DNA of 64,000 bases, from assembly GCA_009914755.4 (NCBI GenBank), contig CP068257.2, positions 16,128,001 through 16,192,000 on the forward strand, written 5' to 3'. This DNA is from the human T2T-CHM13v2.0 reference genome, Homo sapiens. Under the pieces are notes generated by a model. It was given only the letters and a program-made list of their open reading frames with translations, did not search any database and had not been told where the DNA came from. Below, in pieces: positions 48,476-60,300 of this stretch (positions within the stretch are counted from its first letter, which is position 1; each line of letters starts with the position of its first letter). The translations under genes and the position numbers were made by a program.

Positions 48476-49535
48476 ATGTCATCTTTTGAAATTAGCTATA
48501 ATCACTACATTTATTAAAGCTGAAGTTATAGATATTCTATGTAATCCACAAGAAATCCATAATCTTCCATCACATACTGTTTGGTGACCATAATAATTTC
48601 TGAATAACAAGTCCTAACAGGAATTTCAAGGTATATAATCCCCCACTATATTTTTTTAAACAATAAGAACATTTCATACCCCATACTTAGTAAACAGAAA
48701 ATAAAGATCATGAAAAATTTCAAATATATAATACAGAAAAAAGGAAAGAACTATTTTGAAACTGTCCAAAATCTAGAGGTTTAATAAAGTCTCTCTACTG
48801 ATATGTTACAACTCAAAACTCAAATTACAGGCCAAATTTTTTTTGCAGGAATATTAAGGTTTTTTTTAGTATGACTCATAAATATCTAAACCAAAAATCA
48901 ATTGTAATATGACAACACTAACTGCACCAACCCAAATAAATCCTTCCAATAGGGCTTTTTTTTGGGGTTTCTTTTTGGATTTGGAGAATTTTTCTTCATA
49001 TATCTTAGGGACATTATTAAAAAAATTTTAAAAACCTTTTCAGGTTTTAAAAATTACCAACAGTGTGTGTGATCACTGAAAAGAGGTTAATCTAAAAATT
49101 TTAAAGTATTTTTCCAGATAATAAGATCATACTGGTGAGAAAAGAGTTCGGGCTCATCTCACTCAAATACTTGCATAATAGGCTCGAAAGAATAAAAAAA
49201 TTGTTATGTTACTTCTTAATATAAAAAACACACAGGTCTGTTAAAATCTGACAATTCAATAAGCTCTCAAACCAGAAAACACGTTTCCCAGTCAACACTC
49301 ATACTTATTTCTGTATTAGGAAAAATGGGGTTGTTGCAGGGGTCTTTAAAAAAAAAAGATTTCTCTTAAATTCGTAACTCTGTTAACTGCACCTTCATTT
49401 CCAGAAACCTTATCTTTAACAAATCTCTACACTATTCATACTTAGCACAATTTCCAATCATTGAAGATATTTTAGTTTTACCTTACAATCAGTACAAAGC
49501 AGCTGTGTTAAATTCATTCCATAAGATCAAAACTA

Positions 49536-49784
<249 letters not shown>

Positions 49785-50079
49785 TCATTTAAAGCAAAAG
49801 CTCCATCAAACAAGCATCGCCATACTTGCACTCCAACATTGCACTTTTCCTGTGGAAAGACACAAAGCTAGTAAAACTTAAAGCCAGGCCATAGGTGACA
49901 CTATGTCCGTGTCTTTTTTGTCCTATAGTTGATTGGGTTAGTGGCACCTGAAGGAAAGAGATTTGCCGGCATTCTAGTCCTCCTCCTTCGTCCCCCAACC
50001 TCGAATAATCAGAGGGCTTAGCAGCGAGGCCTTTTCAGCTACCAGGTTCTGTCAACCTAGTTAACGCTGTGAGAAACAG

Positions 50080-51100
50080 GAAAAACGACCTGCACGGGAC
50101 ACTGCTTTGCTAACTTCATTGGGGGAACCTCAGATGCGCCTCGCGAACTCGGAGTTGCGAAGCTTCGCATCGAACGGAGATCGGCGGCAGCAAAATGCAC
50201 GTGGGTACCGAATACCCGGGGAGGGCGTCCCGCCGTGTCCGGGGCAACTACACCGAAGGCCGAGCGGCGGCTTCACGGTACCGGCCGGGCACCGCCGGAG
50301 GGGCCCAAGCCGGAGCTGGGAGAGCCGCGGCATCCTGGAGCCCGGCGGGCGGGAGAGTCTCGTCCCATCGCTCCGGGATTCCTCCCAGAGGGAAGAAAGC
50401 GTCCGAGGGCCACGGCGGCCGGTCCGCCCAGCCTCAGCGTCTCGGGGAGCCGGGTCCTGGCCCGGCCTTCGGCGTTGGGGGCGCGCGGCCGCCCCCAGGG
50501 AGTCGCGGACCCAAGTCCGTCTTTCCGTCGGTCTGTCCGTCGGGGCGCCTGGCGCGCAGCAGCGCGAGGGGCCACGGGGCTCGGAACTCGAAGGAGGCGG
50601 AACGATGGGACTGGGGGTCGGGGCTCAGGTGGGATGGGAGCAGGGCTGCGGGGTCTTTACCGTCCGGCTCCGCGGGCCACCACCGCCGTTCCGTGCGGCT
50701 CGGGTTCCTCCACTATTGTTTCCGGCCGCAGCAGAGGCGGCCGCCGCGCGCCTGGCCCCGCCCTCTCCCGCCGGCGCCATCCCGTAAAGGCTGCGGGGAG
50801 GGTGGCGCGGCCGCGGGCACACCTGCGCGCTCGCCGGGCTGCTGTGGGTCCGCCCCTCCGCTCCTGCACCGACGCCGCACCTTCGCCTCGAGTTCTCCTG
50901 TGATCCCGTGTTTCCTGGCCGGAGTTTCTTACCGTTCTCTGGAACGTAGCTCCTCACACACCCCTCCTCGAGGTGCGTAGATAGACGAATCCGTTCCACC
51001 TCTCCCTTCAGCCTAGTGCAAACTACTGCCCCGGGGCGGGGGCCGCAGGCGGCGGGGGTAGGAAAGCCGCGGGTGGATGGCAGAACGGGAGAGGTGCGTG
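50080..51100. promoter_or_regulatory. CpG island, probably a TATA-less promoter, likely for the minus-strand gene and possibly bidirectional
   Basis: About 1 kb with very high G+C and dense CpG, in otherwise AT-rich, CpG-depleted surroundings. GC boxes at about 50746-50755 (ccccgccctc), 50841-50846 (ccgccc) and 51024-51035 (ggggcggggg). No TATA box. It lies immediately 5' of the ATG exon of the minus-strand gene. Confidence 0.75.
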
Positions 51101-52547
51101 GGTGGCACTTTGACTTCAGGAGAAAGAAGCAGAATACTGTCACTGAACTTATAGTTAAGTGCCAGTTGAAGTATCTAACGAAGGAAAAGTTCATATTCAG
51201 GTGTCATGATAGAGGCATAATTTCAAATACAGAATCTTTTCAAATACATTATTTGTTGTGGGGCGCCCCTGCCCCCAATATGGTACATCCCTCAACGCCC
51301 ACGGGAAAAATCCCGAAGCCCCACCTCTTATTTTTAGGTCCTGCTTGGTTCTCAAATTCTTTGCTTGACTTTTGTTTAAGCTATTCTGGTTTTTTTAGGG
51401 TATGGTTCTTGCAGTACTTTCACTTACATTTTCCATTGTAGTCCTCACAGTAACCTACAGAGGAGAAACAGGAACTGTTCTCTCATGTTGCAGCCTACGA
51501 GTAATTGACCCAGGTTATCACAGTTGGTTAGAAAAAGGCTGGGACTTGAACCGAAGGCTACTGACCTAAGATCAATGTTATTTTCTACAGCATCATATGT
51601 ATGTGTTCTGGTTGCACTCACATAGAAAGAGGGCTAGCCTGTCAATCTACATGTAGGCATTCTTGAACTGATGGTTAGGAATGGACTGTCTAGATCTTGG
51701 AAACTTCTGGGCCAAATTAGCACTCCAGTTATGGCATTTGTGCCTCGCAGGAGCGATCTGTGTCCTTGCCACCTAAATTGTAGTAGATGAACAAACAACA
51801 TTGACATTACTTGGTTTCCTGTTAGAAATGTAGAATCTCAGGCCCCACTCGAGATTTCCTAAATCAATACTTGCACTTTAACAAGACCGCCAGGAGATTC
51901 CTATGTTCATCGAAGTTTGAGATGCACTAATTGAAATGAAAAGCCTGTGCTTTTTCTCTTCGAATTTCTCATTCTAGGTAACTACGACTAAGATACCTTG
52001 CATGTTGGATTCTACCCATCTTTTCAATAAAAAGCATTCTTTTAAAAAGGACTCTTTTAAAGTGATTCAATAAAAGTGTTCTAAAATCACTAAAATTTAA
52101 AAATTGAAACAAGTTATTTTCACTTCTCAGAATTGTCTTCCTTCCTATGGCATTTCACATTGTTTACTTGCTATTCTTAAAACTCTTCTCTCTTGTTGTT
52201 GGCTTTTTAAAAAAAATCAAGGAATAATTTACAGAAATAAAATGCTTCCATTTTAAAAGCATTATTTGATGAGTTTTGGCAAATACATACACTTGAGTAA
52301 CCACCACCCCAGTGAGGATACAGAACATTTCCACAGCCCCGACATTTCTTTCTGTTCCTTTCTGGTCAAGCTCCTTCAACATGGGATCTAATTTATATGA
52401 CGAAGTGTTTTAGTTTTGTCTGTTATAGGAATTCATATACATAGAATTAAGCAGTGTGTGTTCATTTGTGATTGGCTATTGTCATGCAGCATGTTTTTGA
52501 GATTCACGATGGTATTTTGTAACAGTGGTTTCTTTTCACTGCTCGTC

Positions 52548-52790
52548 TTAGTCAGTTTGTGTTCCTATAAAGGAATACCCAAGGCTGGATAATTTATATA
52601 GAAAACAGGTTTATTTGGCTCATGGTTCTGGAGGCTGTACAAGAAGCATGGTGCCAGCATCTGTTTCTGGTGATGGCCTCAGGCTGATTCCATTCATGAT
52701 AGGAGGCAAAGGAGAGCCAGTATGTGCAGAGATCATGTGGCCTGAGAGTGAGCAAGAGAGAGAGGGGAGGAAATTCCAAGCTTGCTCTCT
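52548..52790 (-). mobile_element. THE1/MST-type LTR fragment, reverse orientation
   Basis: gttcctataaaggaatacccaaggctggataatttatatag...ggaggctgtacaagaagcatggtgccagcatc... is the rc of the LTR 3' half. Confidence 0.65.
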
Positions 52791-52845
52791 CTTTATTTAT
52801 TTTTTATTTTTTATTTTATTTTATTTAAAAACGAGTTCCACTGGG
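52790..52845. repeat. T/A-rich simple repeat (TTTAT/TTTTA)n
   Basis: tctttatttattttttattttttattttattttatttaaaaa. Confidence 0.8.
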
Positions 52846-52963
52846 AATTAAGAGTGGGAATTGATTCACACCCTAGAGAATGGCACCAAGCCATTCATCA
52901 GGGATCCATAACTAAGCTCCAACCCCTTGCTCTCCACTCCCCAACCAAGCTTCACCTCCAACG

Positions 52964-53273
52964 CTGGGGATCAGTGGGGCATGGGGGCTCATACCTGTAA
53001 TCTTAGCACTTTGGGAGGCTGTGGTGGGCTGATCGTTTGTGTCTAGGTGTTCGAGACCAGCCTGGGCAACATCGTGAAACCCCATCTCTACCAAAAAACC
53101 CCACAAAAATTAGCCAGGCAGGGTGGTGCATGCCTGTAGTCCCATCTACTCAGAAGGCTGAGGTGGGAGACTGGCTTGAGTCCTAGAGGTGGATGTTGTG
53201 TGAGCTGAGATTGTGCCACTTCACTCCAGCCTGGGTGACAGAGTAAGACTCTGTCTCAAAAAAAAAAAAAAAA
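52964..53273 (+). mobile_element. Alu SINE (diverged, AluJ-like)
   Basis: ..tcagtggggcatgggggctcatacctgtaatcttagcactttgggaggctgtggtgggctgatcg... with poly(A) at 53258-53273. Confidence 0.88.
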
Positions 53274-54454
53274 GAGAAAAAGATGTCCACACCCTAATTC
53301 TTGGATATTTTGAATATGTATGTAACATAGCAAAAGAGACTTTGTAGATATAATTAAGGTTATAAACTTTAAAATAGGTTTTCCTGGATTATTGCGCTGA
53401 GCCCAATCTAATCACATGAACCCTTATAACCAGAGATCTTTCTCCAAGTAAGCTCAGAGAAATGTAGCAAAGAGAAAGTCAAAGTGATTAGAAGCATGAG
53501 AGGGACTTGACCCACCATTGCTCTAGGAGCAAACACTGGTCTCCAGCTGGTAGCCAGCAAGGAAATGGGAGCTACAGTCTTTAAACTGCAAGGAACAGAA
53601 TTCAGCCAACAGCCTGCATAGATTGAGAAGCTCATTTGAACAATCTTCCAACACTTTGATTTCAGCCTTATGAGATTCTAAATAGAGGAGTCAACTGAAT
53701 CATGCTGTACTGGAATTTTTACCTACAGAACTGTGAGATAAGAAATGGGTGTTGTTTCAAGCCATTAAACTTGTGTTAGTTATGCCAGCATTACAAAGAT
53801 TGAATGTCGAAATTTTTAAAGAAGGTTGAGATTTATTTTGGGAAGATGTTACTCTAGTGGCTGATCAGCTTGCTTCTTTAGAGACTTGTTTGTAAACCTT
53901 GTGAGGGTCTACACTATCATTTTGTAATATGGATATCTTAGTCCAGTCCTTGAAGAGTGGCTTCTTAGACCCTCTATTGTATGTCATGGGTATTTAATAA
54001 AGATTCTGCACTCTAGTTGATTAAAACTCAAATGACTCCTGTCCCTGTGAGTTCCAGCAGGTGTTCAGTTTGTAGTTCCCCAGTAATTGTTCTTTCGGTG
54101 ATAGTTATTTTTTTGCCCTGGTATTTAAATTTTCTGTAAAGTCTCGCCCTATACATGCACAGCTTAGTATTCAGCCAAAGACTTAAAGAAAGAGTATTCT
54201 GAAACTCTATAGTTTTTCCTTTCTGCCAGTTTTTATTGCAAATTCCAGCCCGTCTTAGACTCCCCAAACTCAAATCTTTTTCTCCCCAGAGCAACTTTGC
54301 TTGGATTTCCTTATGTGGACCATGGTCTGAAAGTACTTCCATGCATAAAATCAGGGTAATTATAGGTCTCCTCTCATTTGTTTCTTTCCTATTATGGATC
54401 ACATGTTTGTACTGTCTGTGTTTCAGTGTCCTAGAATTCATATTTTCTAGATTT

Positions 54455-54612
54455 TGGTTGTCTGCTGCCATGTGAGATGTGCTTTTCACCTTCCACCATG
54501 ATTGTGAGGCCTCCCTGGCCAATTGGAACTGTAAGTCCATTAAACCTCTTTCTTTTGTAAATTGCCCAGTCTCAGGTATGTCTTTATCAGCAGTGTGAGA
54601 ACAGATTAATAC
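54455..54612 (+). mobile_element. THE1-type LTR fragment (3' ~160 bp only)
   Basis: ctgctgccatgtgagatgtgcttttcaccttccaccatgattgtgaggcctccctggcc...ccattaaacctctttcttttgtaaattgcccagtctcaggtatgtctttatcagcagtgtgagaacagattaatacag. Confidence 0.8.
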
Positions 54613-55173
54613 AGATTCCTAACTAAGCCTAAAGTCAAAGTAATGTCTGTTTTAGGCCAAGAGCTAATTACAAAACTAGTTATTGTATATCGCTTTATAG
54701 TTTATAACACATTTTTGCACACTTCACTGAGTTACTAAATTAGTAAGAATTGTAGTTAGTTAAAGGTAAAATCCTTGACTATTCAAAGACCTAGGCTTTG
54801 AACCTGTACAGCATATGACTGTACTGAATACTATAGGCAATTATAAGGCAATGTATTTGTGTATCTGGACATACTAAAGGTATAGTAAAAATACTGTATA
54901 AAAGAAAAAAATGGTATATCAGGCACTGATTGTGAATGGAGCCTGCAGGAGTAAAAGTTGCTCTGAGTGGGTCAGTGAGTAAATGGTGACTGAATGTGAA
55001 GGCCTAGGACATTACTAAAAATCACTGTAGACTTTATAAACACTGCACATGTATACTACACTGTTTATTTTATAAATTTTTCTTTCATCAATAATTAACC
55101 TTAGCTTACTATAAATTTTTTACTGAATAAACTTTAATTTTTTAAATATTTTGACTATTTTGTAATAACAGCT

Positions 55174-56262
55174 ATATTAGTCCATTTTCACACTGCTCTA
55201 AAGAACTACCTGAGACTAGATAATTTATGAAGAAAAGAGGTTTAATTGACTCACAGTTCCACAGGCTGCACAGGAAGCATGGATAGAATAGGAGGCCGTA
55301 GGAAACTTACAACCATGGCAGAAGGCAAAGGGGAAGAAAGCATGTCTTATCATGGTGGAGAAGGGGAGAGAGACAGAGCAAGGGAGGAAGTGCCACCCAC
55401 TTTCAAATAACCAGATCTCGTGAGAACTCACTCACTATAACGAGAACGGCAAGGGAAAAGTCTACCCTCATGATTCAATCACCTCCCACCAGGCCCCTCC
55501 CCCGACATGTGAGGATGACAATTCAAGATGAAATTTGTGTGAGCACACAGAGCCAAACCATATCATTCCACCCTGGCCCCTCCCAAATCTCACGTCCTTT
55601 TCACATCTAAAATCACAACCATGCCTTCCCAACAGTCCCCCAAAGTCTTAACTCATTCCAGCATTAATTCAAAAGCCCAAGTCCAAAGTTTCATCTGAGA
55701 CAAGTCCCTTCTGCCTATGAGCCTGTAAAATCAAAAGCAAGTTAGTTGTTTCCAACATACAATGCGGATATAGACTTTGGATAAATACTTCCATTGCAAA
55801 AGGGAGAAATTGGCCAAAATAAAGGGGTTACAGGCCCCATGCAAGTCTGAAATCCAGTGGGGCAGCCATTAAATCTTAAAGTTCCAAAATAAACTCCTTT
55901 GACTCCATGTCTCACATCCAGGGCACACTGATGCAAGAGGTGGGCTCCCAAGGTCTTGGGCAGCTCTGCCTACATGGCTCTGCAAGGTACAGCCCCTGAG
56001 GCTGCTTTCATGAGCTGGCTTTGAGTGCCTACGGCTTTTCCAGGTGCAAGGTGAAAGCCGTCAGTGGATCTACCATTCTGGGGTCTGGAGGACAGTGGCC
56101 CTCTTATCACAACTCCACTAGGCAGTATCACAGAGGGGACTCTGTGTGGGTGCTCCAACCCCACGTTTCCCATCTGCACTGCCCTAGTAGGTCTCCATGA
56201 GGGAGACCAACAATATCTGTTAGAGAGATCGCATAATGTTTTTTTCTGAAAATCATTGCATT
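55174..56262 (-). mobile_element. Partial THE1-class MaLR element on the minus strand: LTR 55174-55566 plus ~700 bp of internal region
   Basis: rc LTR: tattagtccattttcacactgctctaaagaactacctgagactagataatttatgaag...gccaaaccatatca. The following internal segment is the reverse complement of the internal region at 39400-40174. Confidence 0.78.
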
Positions 56263-56952
56263 TCCTCTACAATGGTGAAAATTTTTCTCATCATTTAAAG
56301 TCCAATTCAAATGAATGTCTGCTACAAAAATATCTCTAGTCCTTTTACTTTCCTGAATTCCCACAATGCTTGCTCATAGCACTACTATTTTTAGTATGTT
56401 TTTCTGACATGGCCCCATTTTTAAAATAAAGGATTTAGTATATTCAATATATCCATCCACCCATCTCTCACCTATTTGTTTCTCCTCCTATGTTATCTAA
56501 TTCTCTCCAATTAGAGAGGTGCTTTTTCCATTTAGCCAGGAAGATTGGCATATGTAGCCCCAGGCTCAAAGCCTTCTGGTACCATGATCCTGAAGGTACT
56601 GGAAATTCAAGATGGTGTGACTGATTGACTGAATTATTATTTCTACTTCTTCACCCCCTTTCACTTACATGTGACCTTATAGTTCACTGTAGTGAGCAGA
56701 ATATATTTCCCCATCCCAATGAGATATTAATGAACATGACAGTGAGCAGAGACCTTAAATGTGCTTGTGTGCCTTAGCTTGGCTTCTTTATCTCTGTCAT
56801 ATGTCACAAGAAGACCTTCATCCAGGTATTTGCTGGTCCAAGAAAGATGAGAGAGATGTAGAGATCAAACAGATTGAAGGGTCCAACTTGCAGCCTAGCT
56901 CTGGGTTGCCCCAGCTGACCTATAGATCCATGATGTTGGTTATTAAAGTACT

Positions 56953-57325
56953 GATATGGTTTGTCTCTGTGTCCCCACCCAAATCTCATGTTGAATTCTA
57001 ATCCCCAATGTTGGGGAAAGGACCTTGTGGGAGGTGATTAGATCATGGAGGTGGATTTCCCCCTTGCTATTCTGGTGATAGTGAGTTCTCATGATATATG
57101 GTTGAAAGTGTGTAGCATTTTCCCCTTTGCACTCTCTCTTTCCTGTCACTATGTGAAGATGTGCTTGCTTCCCCTTCACCTTCCACCATGATTGTAAGTT
57201 TCTTGTGGCCTCTCCAGCCATGCTTCCTGTACAGCCTGTGGTACTGAGTCAATTAAACATCTTTTCTTTATAAACTACCCAGTCTCAGGTAGTTTTTAAT
57301 AGCAATGTGAGAACAGATTAATACA
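56953..57325 (+). mobile_element. THE1-type solo LTR, opposite in orientation to the neighbouring partial element
   Basis: tgatatggtttgtctctgtgtccccacccaaatctcatgttgaattctaatcccc...ccaccatgattgtaagtttcttgtggcctctccagccatgcttcctgtacagcctgtgg...ctacccagtctcaggtagtttttaatagcaatgtgagaacagattaataca. Confidence 0.82.
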
Positions 57326-57850
57326 AGTACTGGGGGTTGTACAATTATGCAACATTTTGCAGTGATAGCTGATTAATACAGCGGGATTCTGAATGGCCAA
57401 ATGTGATTCATATGCTTGTCTCTGAATCAAACACAATTGCTAGTACTTTAATTGGCCAGGCTCTATTACATTTCCAGCTCTTCCTCCATTCCCAAATGAT
57501 TGAAGTTGGCTCAGGAGTGGGGGTGTAGGAATTAAAATTTGATCTCAAGATATGGAAGACAAGTTTCCCAAAAGGAAAGTGGTTGCTCTTACCAGAGGAA
57601 GGGAATTGGTTTGAAACCTATTAAGCAGGAAAAATCTATCTGTCATAATCTAGTCTGGTACTCTTTCTACATCATTATTTATTGCTAAATTTTAAGCTGA
57701 TTTGTATGCAGAAACTCTGCCTTACTCATCTTGTGTTTAACACTTACAAATTATAATGTCTTATAATTTGTGTTTGAATCCAGTAGGATTAAGTTTCACT
57801 GCAAGTAATATAAAAATCCCCAAGTAACAGTGACATAAAAAGTTGGACAT

Positions 57851-58154
57851 GGGCAGACATGCTGGCTCATGCCTGTAATCCCACCACTTTGGAAGCCTGA
57901 GGCAGGAGGGTCACTTGAGTCCAAGAATTCATGACCAGCCTGGGCAACATGGTGAAACCCCATCTCTACAAAAAAATACCAAAAAAATTAGCCGGGTGTG
58001 GTGGCGCAGGCCTGTAGTACCAACTACTCAGGAGGCTGAGGTGGGAGGATTGCTTGAGTATGGGAGGTCAAGGCTGCAATTAGCTGGGATTGTGCCACTG
58101 AACTCCAGCCTGGGCAACAGAGTGAGACCTTGTCTCAAAAAAAAAAAAAAAAAA
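57851..58154 (+). mobile_element. Alu SINE
   Basis: gggcagacatgctggctcatgcctgtaatcccaccactttggaagcctgaggcaggagggtcacttgag... with poly(A) at 58138-58154. Confidence 0.9.
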
Positions 58155-58257
58155 GTTGTACTTTATTTTTTTCTCTTATGTTGAAGACTAGAATTGAGCA
58201 GCCAGGGTGAGTGTGGTGACTCTGATTTTCAAAGTTCTTAAGCATGCATTTTGCTTT

Positions 58258-58345
58258 GTTTTTTTTTTCCATGAGACAGAGTTGCTCCGTCACCCAGGCT
58301 TGAGTTTAGTGGTGCAATCTTGATTTACTGCAATCTCCGTCTTCT
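58258..58345 (-). mobile_element. Alu fragment (partial, reverse orientation)
   Basis: ttttttttttccatgagacagagttgctccgtcacccaggcttgagtttagtggtgcaatcttgatttactgcaatctcc. Confidence 0.65.
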
Positions 58346-58588
58346 AGACTCAAACTGAGGTGGGGGCTTGGGGACCACATCTTTATTCCAGATGACCATA
58401 TGGCCAGCTAAAAGTCAGGGCTTCTAAAAGAGGGAGCATAGATATTGCAATTTCAGCAAGCAATCTCTACTGCAGTGCTCAATATTTATTAAATGAATGA
58501 ATCACATTAAAAATTAAAACTGATTAATAAACACTAACAATTAAATTTTTAATCTTAGATGAAATGCTGGATTAAAGAATATATTTGA

Positions 58589-58942
<354 letters not shown>

Positions 58943-59204
58943 TTATTTCAGTTTTATTCATCCATTTTCTAAAAGTGTAATCCTTATAAGATTCTACACA
59001 GGGAGTCTAGCGCTGCTCTTTTGGAATCTTTAACCCTGAAGAAAATATCACTCTTAAAATTATGGCTCCTCTAAAGCTTAGACAAGCATCCCTCTGAAAG
59101 TTTGAGATACAGATATTTGCATTAAAGGGATTTATTACCTATAGTTTTAGTAATGCTGACATTATGGGTAAGCTGTCTGCTGATCCATTGTCTTGTTTTG
59201 CAAG

Positions 59205-59365
59205 CAGAACAAAGCAAACCTATTTCTAGTCTATGGATAAATTCTGTGTTGGCATTTCTGGGAGAAGATTGGGAGTTAACTACCAAGCTATTGATTTTTT
59301 TTGTGTCTGCTGTGAGCCAAATCCAGTCTTCAGTAATGTGCACAGTCCCCCCTGTTAAATTCAAG
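59205..59365 (+). CDS. Candidate plus-strand coding exon (161 bp) of an unknown transcript
   Basis: Acceptor ccattgtcttgttttgcaag|CAGAACAAAGC and donor AAATTCAAG|gtgataaaagg. An open frame spans the exon: EQSKPISSLWINSVLAFLGEDWELTTKLLIFFVSAVSQIQSSVMCTVPPVKFK. There is no homology evidence, so this may be a chance pseudo-exon. Confidence 0.2.
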
Positions 59366-60124
59366 GTGATAAAAGGAAAGTTTAGTATTGATGTCTGAAG
59401 TTAGAAAAGTCTGTTTCATAATTTACCAGAGGTTTATTTTTATATTCCATTGTGTAAGTATCAGTCTTTGGGTATAGAATACTCAAGCTAGAAATTAAAA
59501 TCCAGACGTGTTTCTGAGTTTACTATTGGTGTACCCATTGAATGAGATACAATTTTGAAGTTTGATGCTGAGAGAAATATAGCATTGTTAAAAGAAAAAC
59601 CTTAGACAAATTAAATTTAACAGAGTTGAATTGAGCAAGAAGAAAATGATTCGCAAATCAGGCAGCCTCCAGAATCACAGCAGATTCATAGAGATTCCAG
59701 GGATGCCTCGTGGTCAGAGCAATTTATAGAAAAAAAAAAAAAAGGAAAGAAAAGAAAGTGACATACAGAAAATGGAAGTGAGGTACAGAAACAGCTCGAT
59801 TGGTTACAGCTTGGCATTTGCCTTATTTGAACACAGTTGGAACACTGAGCAGTGTGTGAGTGGCCAAAGTATGGCTCCTGGGATTGGCTGAGATTCAGTT
59901 ATTGCCACAGAAGCATTCTCCTAAGTTAGGTTTTCAGTCTTGTCTACCTGCTACGTTAGGTTATGGTTTGTCCAATAGGACTCAAGTATGGAAATAGAGA
60001 GGCTTTCTCAGGCCATATTTAGTTCCATTTAACAGCATTAAGGGTAGTAAAAAAAAGTACAACTTTTTTGCTTTTCTGCTTTTTTAATTTCTACTAAACA
60101 CTATTTTTTTCACAAAAGTTAAAA

Positions 60125-60300
60125 CCAATGAAAAATGAAATTCCTTCATTCAATCAATCATTGATTTATTCATTCAATAATTATTTATTAAATGCACATT
60201 ATATGTGAGATACTGTGCCGGGTATTAGTTACACAGTAGAGAGCAAAACAAAGTTCTTCCTCTTGAGAAATTTACTGCTTAGTATAAGCAAAAGGCATTA
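60125..60300 (-). repeat. MIR SINE remnant, reverse orientation
   Basis: cattcaatcaatcattgatttattcattcaataattatttattaaatgcacattatatgtgagatactgtgccgggtattag.. is the rc of the MIR 3' consensus (..cagtgcctggcacatagtaggcgctcaataaatatttgttgaatgaatga). Confidence 0.6.

Noticed and set aside
50107-51194. Several very long ORFs (up to 261 aa) on both strands inside the CpG island
   Set aside because: They are Arg/Gly/Pro/Ala-rich translations of GC-rich DNA in which stop codons are rare, and they overlap each other in multiple frames. Long open frames are expected there by composition alone, so I do not call them coding.
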